Shown here: positions 57,864 through 64,000 of the stretch, in pieces
Numbering within the stretch: the stretch's first letter is position 1
Layout: each line of letters opens with the position of its first letter
IMG/VR virus record: IMGVR_UViG_3300025617_000006
DNA from: a virus
DNA: 64,000 bases
Reading direction: 5' to 3' (one strand)
Made by a program: the position numbers and the translations under genes
The notes under the pieces: model-generated
What the model was told of the DNA's origin: nothing
The model's input: the letters and a program-made list of their open reading frames with translations, nothing else
Database searches by the model: none

Positions 57864-58421
57864 CTATATACCTCCTAAATATTCTTTTAAGTTCTTATCA
57901 TTTATTACAATTACATTAGCATCTTTGTTAGCGGCAATAGATGCATATAATCTAGTTCTTCCATCAACAACATATTTTATGTTGTTCAACTCTACAATTA
58001 GTAGTGGTCTACAATTTCCTTGCTCAACCGCTTCAATTATAGGATCTAATGGAAATTCTCTTTCACGATAATCACGCTTGTCACGTTTTAACATCTCTGT
58101 TAAAAAAACTTCCTTATAACCTTCTTGACCTCTTATTTTACTTATTGCCTTAAGTGTATATGGATCTTCTGGCATATTATCTAAGTTATTTAACTTTAAA
58201 ATATCATCAACTGACAGTTTTTGGACAGGCAATTCCTCCAAAAACTTTCCTATTTTTGCTACTGCATACTCTTGTACTACTTGATTTTGTGGTATACCTG
58301 GACGACTTCTATTGCCCAAATTAATAGGAAGTTCATTGATCATCGATTGTATTTCAGGTACAGGACATCCTATAAACTCGTAAGCGTCTAAAAAATTTTC
58401 ATCCATTAGTGCTTGATTCAT
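57864..58421 (-). CDS. ParB/sulfiredoxin-like domain protein
   Basis: PLLIV...YVVDGRTRL matches the ParB-N DGxxR motif. Confidence 0.5.
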   Translation of the reverse strand: MNQALMDENFLDAYEFIGCPVPEIQSMINELPINLGNRSRPGIPQNQVVQEYAVAKIGKFLEELPVQKLSVDDILKLNNLDNMPEDPYTLKAISKIRGQEGYKEVFLTEMLKRDKRDYREREFPLDPIIEAVEQGNCRPLLIVELNNIKYVVDGRTRLYASIAANKDANVIVINDKNLKEYLGGI

Positions 58422-59401
58422 GATGGATACCTTGCATTTAATGGTTCGCTAAATGCTTGCACTTGATCAACAATGCGCTGTAGATCGTGCTTTGCACAGA
58501 ACTTCATTAATTTAATACCCACTTGGCTTACTTCTTTGGGCTTCATAGCCTCTGCAATAGTTTCAGCCATTTGTACTTTTACATCTTCAGGCTGTGCAGT
58601 CAAATCACATAATACAACATTACGGTTGTAATCATCCATCACACGATGTTCGTCACCGTTATGATCAACCCAGCGTTGTAGCATAAGGTTATTCCAGTTG
58701 TAGCCTTTTGTACCTTTGTCTTCAAATGCTTCAGTTAGACCAACCTTGTTCTTAGTACCTTTTACACGAACACCGGGATAAGCACTAAACACATTATCAC
58801 TAGTGTCACCACGCATACACTTTTCAAATAGTAACCATTCAGGATTAGGAGCAGGCTTTTCTGCTTTAGTTTTCTTATCAATTACACGATTGCCCTTCTT
58901 ATCAAAGTAACCTTCGTGTGTAATTGTAATGTCTTGAATGCCATTGTACTGTGTACAGTTAGGTGCGATAAGTTGTGCAAAGTCACCGTCGGTACTAATA
59001 ATAACATGATTGTCATTAGGGTGTGATTGTACCCAGCCTGCAATCAAATCATCTGCTTCTAGATTAGGATGTTGTAATACAGAACAGTTAGTCTTTGTAC
59101 TTACAAAGTCTTTAAACTCGTCAAAGCACTCCCAAAAGACTTCTTCTTCTTCTTGCTGTTGTGCTGTAAGTGCCGCACGAGCATCGCTTCGATTGCGCTT
59201 GTAAGGCTCGTAATAGTCTTTACGCCAACTACGTCCTTCTAAACAAAATACAACATGACTGCCATCAAAGTCTTTCCAAGCCTTCTTAATTCCAGCAAGG
59301 GTAATATGAAAAGCCATACCGACCTTATCTGTAAGATTACCACGGATTACATGTCGGGCTCTGAAAAATGTGTTAGCAGTGTCTACAAGAATGTACGTCA
59401 T
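58418..59401 (-). CDS. rnh: T4-like RNase H / 5'-3' flap exonuclease
   Basis: ILVDT, SWRKD..YKRNR, EADDLIA, ISTDGDF.QL, GDTSDNV. Confidence 0.9.
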   Translation of the reverse strand: MTYILVDTANTFFRARHVIRGNLTDKVGMAFHITLAGIKKAWKDFDGSHVVFCLEGRSWRKDYYEPYKRNRSDARAALTAQQQEEEEVFWECFDEFKDFVSTKTNCSVLQHPNLEADDLIAGWVQSHPNDNHVIISTDGDFAQLIAPNCTQYNGIQDITITHEGYFDKKGNRVIDKKTKAEKPAPNPEWLLFEKCMRGDTSDNVFSAYPGVRVKGTKNKVGLTEAFEDKGTKGYNWNNLMLQRWVDHNGDEHRVMDDYNRNVVLCDLTAQPEDVKVQMAETIAEAMKPKEVSQVGIKLMKFCAKHDLQRIVDQVQAFSEPLNARYPS

Positions 59402-59439
59402 TGACTAATGTCCTCATTTATTTTAAACTTCATAGTATT

Positions 59440-59468
59440 ATTATACTACTTTTGTTCAGAGTTGTCAA
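59440..59468 (-). promoter_or_regulatory. Sigma70 consensus promoter for rnh
   Basis: TTGACA-17 nt-TATAAT exact; the -35 box lies in the last codons of the upstream gene. Confidence 0.85.
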
Positions 59469-60156
59469 CCTGTTGTTTTGATCGTTCTTGAATATCTTCC
59501 AGGATTTCTTTATTAATAAATGGAATTGCATGGAAAAAATCAGCATCAAACGTACCTGTAAGCCTAAGATCAAATGCAATACTAACACGAACATCGTCTC
59601 TTGTATGCGGCTCAACATAGTGCGGAGTACAACTAGGGAACAGCACACATCCGCCTTTTTTGTTAGGTAACTCAATTTTTGATTCTGGATCAAACGATGA
59701 GTGATATACTGTACGAGTATGATAATCATCAAGGTGCATATTACCGCTGAGATATGCATCAGGTTGTGCCCCGTGTGCGTGTGATTCCATTCCTTCATCT
59801 TTGCGTAAGATATTAGCCCAACATACAATTTGCAAGTCTTTTAATTCTAATTGTTGCTTTTGTACATACTCAAGGTATGAGTATTGTAAGAATTTTAGTA
59901 ATTCTTTAAATGCAGGGTGATCCTGTTCTAGTAGGTTATATCGTCCGAAGCGTGTCGTAATGTGGTTTTCGTTTAATCCTGTACCGCCAGTATTTGCAAA
60001 TTCAAAATCTAAAATGGTTTTTTCGTTATTAGCAATCCACTCGCGAAGATTATCAACATCTGTTAAGTCAGTCCAATTTGTTAACCAAAGAGGAATATTC
60101 CAACTAGGTGCAAACTCTGTTTGCGGGTGATAACTTTTAATTCTAATTAATGACAC
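59446..60156 (-). CDS. 2OG-Fe(II) oxygenase (TIGR02466-like)
   Basis: WANIL...SHAH...LSGN, LFPSCTPHYV, RVSIAFD. GTG start. Confidence 0.8.
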   Translation of the reverse strand: MSLIRIKSYHPQTEFAPSWNIPLWLTNWTDLTDVDNLREWIANNEKTILDFEFANTGGTGLNENHITTRFGRYNLLEQDHPAFKELLKFLQYSYLEYVQKQQLELKDLQIVCWANILRKDEGMESHAHGAQPDAYLSGNMHLDDYHTRTVYHSSFDPESKIELPNKKGGCVLFPSCTPHYVEPHTRDDVRVSIAFDLRLTGTFDADFFHAIPFINKEILEDIQERSKQQVDNSEQK

Positions 60157-60524
60157 TATTTTACCTCCGATTTACCGTCACCGATATTTTTTGTATTAAT
60201 AAAGCCTGCGCCTCGATCTGTATTGTGACCTTCATCTTCTAATACATTACGAGCAAGATCCTTAAACCACTGATCAACAATTTCTTCGTTACTCTCGCCT
60301 TTATATCCAGCATCTAATAGTTGCTCAATAAATTCGTTATTCCAGTCGAGTTCAAAGAATCCGTTTCGAATGTTGTCTTTATTAACTTGGGTATCAAGCA
60401 CACCAACCCACGGCATTTTCTTTTTCGTTGCTTGCTCTTTTTCTTCTAGCATTAAGTCTCGATGACTTAACGGCGAAGAAGTCTTTTCTTTTTTCTTAAA
60501 CATATTTTTTAGTTTATCCATCAT
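60156..60524 (-). CDS. Hypothetical protein
   Basis: 122 aa, PWVGVL...GFFELDWN...GY.GE..EEIVDQWF. Confidence 0.75.
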   Translation of the reverse strand: MMDKLKNMFKKKEKTSSPLSHRDLMLEEKEQATKKKMPWVGVLDTQVNKDNIRNGFFELDWNNEFIEQLLDAGYKGESNEEIVDQWFKDLARNVLEDEGHNTDRGAGFINTKNIGDGKSEVK

Positions 60525-60572
60525 AATCCCGCCTCTCTTGCTCGTTGTTCTACGCTTTGAGTTTGTTCGTTT

Positions 60573-61466
60573 TTAGGTTCCCCAGGCATTGCCGAAGAGC
60601 GAGATGTGTAGTCTTGGCGTAAACCGCCATCCCTTTTCCATACACGCTTCAGCAACGTCTTTAACGTTGAGGGAGTATTCTTCACTGCGTCCGCCCAACG
60701 GCATAAGATATACCGGACATTGTACCCCGGCATTTCTGTAAGCGTCCACAGCCTTTTCAACTTCTGCAAAATCATCTTGAGTAGCGACAACAAACTTAAG
60801 ATACATGTCACTGCCGTTGACAGTGCTATAATCCCAAGCCACATCAGGCTTAATAGCAGTTTCCCAAGGTTCTCCGCTAACGCTAAGTTTTGGGGAACAA
60901 CTCCAAGTGATGTTAAGGAGGTCATTACTGTTGAGATATCGCTTAAAATCTTCATGTAAAGTTTGTGTAGTATTTGTTTCAATTGTAACATTTTTTAGAT
61001 CCTGCATACGTGGATGTTCGAACAGTTCGACGTAAAGTCGTTGCCACGCTAACAACGGCTCACCACCTGTTAAAATTAAGTGTACGTCTTGTCCATTATC
61101 TTGTACCCACTTACCATTTGGAGTAAGTGACAGCAAATGTTCAACTACATCTTCAACATCTGCTTGTTTGTTAAAATGCTTGAACTCTGGATAGATACTT
61201 GCATATGTATCACAGCCTGTATGAATAATAGGCAAGTCCTCAAACTTTTCAGTTGTTTCGTGTACACCTGCATCAATCAATGCTTTTACTTCCGCATTGT
61301 ATCTTTGTCCTTCTGCATGTAATTCTGTGCGATTCTTTTTAGTATCAACACCAAAGTTCATACAGCGAAAGTTACAACCAAATGTACGCAGGAACACACT
61401 GGGCACTCCTACAAACTTACCTTCACCTTGTACACTATAAAATGCTTCTGAATAACGTAGTTTCAT
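60573..61466 (-). CDS. queE: 7-carboxy-7-deazaguanine synthase (radical SAM)
   Basis: EAFYSVQGEG, VFLRTFGCNFRC...(insertion)...CDT, TGGEP, IETN, SPK, RLH; next to folE. Confidence 0.9.
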   Translation of the reverse strand: MKLRYSEAFYSVQGEGKFVGVPSVFLRTFGCNFRCMNFGVDTKKNRTELHAEGQRYNAEVKALIDAGVHETTEKFEDLPIIHTGCDTYASIYPEFKHFNKQADVEDVVEHLLSLTPNGKWVQDNGQDVHLILTGGEPLLAWQRLYVELFEHPRMQDLKNVTIETNTTQTLHEDFKRYLNSNDLLNITWSCSPKLSVSGEPWETAIKPDVAWDYSTVNGSDMYLKFVVATQDDFAEVEKAVDAYRNAGVQCPVYLMPLGGRSEEYSLNVKDVAEACMEKGWRFTPRLHISLFGNAWGT

Positions 61467-61573
61467 AGTGGCAATCTTCCTGTATACAATTCAATACCTA
61501 AACTGATCATTCCCATAACAAATACTGCTACAATGAATACTTGTGCTATGCGCACTGCAATATAATCACCCAT
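61463..61573 (-). CDS. 36-aa single-pass membrane peptide (absent from the ORF track)
   Basis: MGDYIAVRIAQVFIVAVFVMGMISLGIELYTGRLPL; TAATG overlap with the folE stop and ATGA overlap with the queE start. Confidence 0.7.
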   Translation of the reverse strand: MGDYIAVRIAQVFIVAVFVMGMISLGIELYTGRLPL

Positions 61574-62262
61574 TAGCAACTAAACTCCTGTTGTAATTTA
61601 ATGTTATCAAAGAACTCTTTCTTTGTACCTGCGTCATCTTTAAATGCACCACGTAACACAGTTGTTTGTGTAAGACTACTAGTTGCCATAATGCCACGAT
61701 TCTCGCAACAACCGTGTGTTGCTTGAATGTACACACCTAAGTGTTCTGCACCAGTTGCACCTGCAATCTCACGTGCAATATCATTTGCAAGTTCTTCTTG
61801 CAGTGTACCACGTCGAGCGCACCATTGTGCAATACGTGTGTACTTGCTTAGACCAATTAGTTTGTCTGCGGCAATAATACCAATATATGCAACACCGCTT
61901 ACTGGCTGGTGATGATGCGAACACATGCTCTTTAGTTCACTTCGTACAACAAGCATACCTTCATAGCGATCATCTGAATCATTTGGAAATGCTGTTGCTG
62001 TGGGCATAGGATCATAACGGCCGCTCATAATCTCGTTGAAATACATTTTAGCAAGACGTCTTGCTGTGCCTTTCGAGTTAGGATCGTTGTGCCGGTCAAT
62101 TACTAGTGCGTCTAGTACTTCTTCAAATGCTTCTGTCGCGCCTTCGATAAGTTCTTCCTTATCGCCGTTCTGCAGGACTTGTGAAATATTATCACCAGCC
62201 CAATAGCGCAAGCCTGCGTCTTCTAACTTGCTTTTAATTTGTAATGCTTTACTCATTTTCAT
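61573..62262 (-). CDS. folE: GTP cyclohydrolase I
   Basis: TARRLAKMY, SMCSHH, IGLSKYTR, LQE, HGCCENRG. ATG 62262 or 62256 after GGAG. Confidence 0.95.
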   Translation of the reverse strand: MKMSKALQIKSKLEDAGLRYWAGDNISQVLQNGDKEELIEGATEAFEEVLDALVIDRHNDPNSKGTARRLAKMYFNEIMSGRYDPMPTATAFPNDSDDRYEGMLVVRSELKSMCSHHHQPVSGVAYIGIIAADKLIGLSKYTRIAQWCARRGTLQEELANDIAREIAGATGAEHLGVYIQATHGCCENRGIMATSSLTQTTVLRGAFKDDAGTKKEFFDNIKLQQEFSC

Positions 62263-62310
62263 TTTATCTCCGATGTTAAGGCAGTGGATTGCCTGTAATA
62301 TACTTTTATA

Positions 62311-62339
62311 AGTATACACTATTATTTAGGTGTTGTCAA
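62311..62339 (-). promoter_or_regulatory. Sigma70-like promoter with an embedded late-type TAAATA
   Basis: TTGACA-17 nt-TATACT; the spacer contains TAAATA (62323-62328). Confidence 0.7.
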
Positions 62340-62542
62340 CCTTTAGTAAAGTATTTCTTCACCATTTCAAGCATATCATCATACTCAGCAATTTGTTTTA
62401 CTTCAACTTCAATTGCTTCGATGATATCTGAATGCTCACCAATACCTGCAGGGTTATGCAAGTATACTTCTACATTTGCTTTATGCTTATCAATATGTCC
62501 TTTTGCATGTGATACAAATGCTTCTAATAATTGGTCTCTCAT
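62336..62542 (-). CDS. Small hypothetical protein
   Basis: 68 aa, NPAGIGEHSDIIEAIE motif, recalled from T4-like marine phage small proteins. Confidence 0.7.
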   Translation of the reverse strand: MRDQLLEAFVSHAKGHIDKHKANVEVYLHNPAGIGEHSDIIEAIEVEVKQIAEYDDMLEMVKKYFTKG

Positions 62543-63351
62543 TGTTTAATCCTTCCTATGTTAGGTACAAACTCATTTGCTATAAGTTTGTGTGCAGTAG
62601 TGTCAAAGTGTTCGTCGTCGACTTTAATTACTGCATTGTTGTTCTTTAGAAATTGTTCTGCGCTTTCAGTTGCTATAGATGCATGTGAACAGTCTCCAAT
62701 GATATTTAGATCTTTTGGTAGCCATGTGTCTTCATTTATGGCAAAGATCTTAAGTTTTGCATTTTTCTCCTTACAAAGAGTATTCCAAATATACACTTCT
62801 TTAAAAAACTGCCGTTGGTTAATAACCGTCATTAGTTCGTAGTTTGCTTTTAGTCGTTGATATCCGTCTGTTTGTAAGTTTGGTTCGTGTAGATCAAATG
62901 GATTAAACGTCATATCTAAATTGGCAGGTATAGCATAGTCGCCTGCAACGGTTATTTGTCCGCCGTCAAAACATTTAAGTTGATCGTTCCACATGCTAAT
63001 ATTGTAACAATCGATGCATCCTTTTGTTTCTTCCAACATCATATGTGTTTCAAGTGGAATAATATTTTCGTAAAAGTTTGGAGTACTATAACCAAATCTA
63101 TAACGATTCCAGTAAGTTTGTTGTATAATAACTTCGTCAATATCGTTATACGTTTTAAATAAAAACGCAAGGCGCTCACTGTAATCATACCAACCTCTAC
63201 CAGGACAAGCAAATATAACACCGTCCTTGTTTTGATTGTTAATATAAATTTCTGCCCAGTTGTTATCATGCCAGCGGTCTCTTAAACCATCAGGAGCAGG
63301 GAATTGATATCCTGCACTATGACTACAACCTATAACTGCTGTTCTCAACAA
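62539..63351 (-). CDS. SGNH-like hydrolase/acyltransferase
   Basis: VIGCSHSAG block I and C-terminal DDEH (DxxH). Confidence 0.5.
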   Translation of the reverse strand: MLRTAVIGCSHSAGYQFPAPDGLRDRWHDNNWAEIYINNQNKDGVIFACPGRGWYDYSERLAFLFKTYNDIDEVIIQQTYWNRYRFGYSTPNFYENIIPLETHMMLEETKGCIDCYNISMWNDQLKCFDGGQITVAGDYAIPANLDMTFNPFDLHEPNLQTDGYQRLKANYELMTVINQRQFFKEVYIWNTLCKEKNAKLKIFAINEDTWLPKDLNIIGDCSHASIATESAEQFLKNNNAVIKVDDEHFDTTAHKLIANEFVPNIGRIKQ

Positions 63352-63770
63352 CCAACTCCGTCATCAATATCAAACTCCATTTGATTTGAATCTTTTAATG
63401 TGTATTTTTGTTTAGATGGAATGACGCCTCTAACGCCTCCTTTTGGATCTTCCATGTCTCCGTCACGTCGGAAGATTAGATGTACATGTGGGTACATGCA
63501 AGTTTGACCTGCACTGGTTCCCATATTCAAACCAATGTTATATCCAGTAATATCATTATCTGCAAGTATGTTTTGATTGCCCATTGCTTGTGCAAAATTA
63601 AAACACTTTAAGATATTTTCTTCTGTGTTTTCTCTTGGAACAACAAGAGTATGTCCGGGTGTTACTGGATAAATGTCGTTGTATACGATAAAGTCTCGTG
63701 TACTAATTTCAACATTGTTCCACGGAGCCCTGCCATCTGCTTGTGCTTGTTCTAATGTATCAGTCTTCAT
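63345..63770 (-). CDS. HIT family nucleotide hydrolase
   Basis: YPVTPGHTLVVP, AGQTCMYPHVHLI. ATG 63770. Confidence 0.9.
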   Translation of the reverse strand: MKTDTLEQAQADGRAPWNNVEISTRDFIVYNDIYPVTPGHTLVVPRENTEENILKCFNFAQAMGNQNILADNDITGYNIGLNMGTSAGQTCMYPHVHLIFRRDGDMEDPKGGVRGVIPSKQKYTLKDSNQMEFDIDDGVGC

Positions 63771-63994
63771 TATACCTTCCAATCACTTTTATTTTCAATA
63801 GCAAAACGACATCCTTCAATGTAGTCTTTATCTTCTTCTTGCAGTACACTCCAAAACTTTGATACTGTTTGAATGTGTTCTTCAACAACTTCCGGACGTC
63901 TAAGATGATAGTTTTCTTCCATCCAACCCTGTAGAATGTCCATACGTTGTTTAATCTTTACTTCAATAGGATTATTGAGATTATAATCAGTCAT
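63770..63994 (-). CDS. Hypothetical protein
   Basis: 74-aa ORF, TAATG-coupled to the HIT gene. Confidence 0.65.
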   Translation of the reverse strand: MTDYNLNNPIEVKIKQRMDILQGWMEENYHLRRPEVVEEHIQTVSKFWSVLQEEDKDYIEGCRFAIENKSDWKV

Positions 63995-64000
63995 TTAATT

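Noticed and set aside
59430-59828. 132-aa same-strand alternative-frame ORF in the oxygenase gene
   Set aside because: No clear SD, no coupling to a neighbour and no obvious compositional shift; weaker than the queE case.
1-64000. Stop-codon reassignment as seen in some large phages
   Set aside because: Genes are intact and tightly tiled in code 11, and TAA, TAG and TGA all end genes.
1-64000. tRNA genes, CRISPR arrays, introns, inteins, IS elements
   Set aside because: Intergenic gaps are nearly all under ~120 nt; I saw no cloverleaf, repeat-spacer array, homing endonuclease, intein or transposase motif. No scan was run.

Overview
This AT-rich, densely packed window looks like part of a large (probably jumbo, T4-related or myovirus-like) aquatic bacteriophage genome read in standard code 11. 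(1) 1-19.8 kb: virion module with a >4,075-aa structural protein open from the window edge, three paralogous tail-fibre proteins and smaller structural genes. (2) 19.8-50.2 kb: a ~30-kb enzyme island between tail-fibre genes. It encodes 4 GT-A glycosyltransferase-like proteins, 7 radical SAM enzymes, 7 AspH-like 2OG-Fe(II) oxygenases, a UDP-sugar dehydrogenase, a DegT aminotransferase, an amidinotransferase, a methyltransferase, a flavin halogenase, a mini adenylation enzyme, a GNAT-like protein, a kinase, a phosphatase and three beta-propellers. Its units start at a TAA(A/G)TA late-type motif, often 5 nt before the ATG. (3) 50.3-64 kb, minus strand: an Mtd_N fibre, a MoxR AAA+/VWA pair, thermonuclease, T4-like RNase H, folE/queE (7-deazaguanine pathway) and HIT, with near-consensus sigma70 promoters. 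The best candidate for an undescribed system is the island, read as a late-expressed virion glycan/protein decoration pathway that includes an amino-to-guanidino sugar module. Other leads are two probable overprinted +1-frame genes, a hairpin in the folE leader, and apparent AGCT/GCWGC avoidance. All assignments come from motif recognition by eye; no searches were run.
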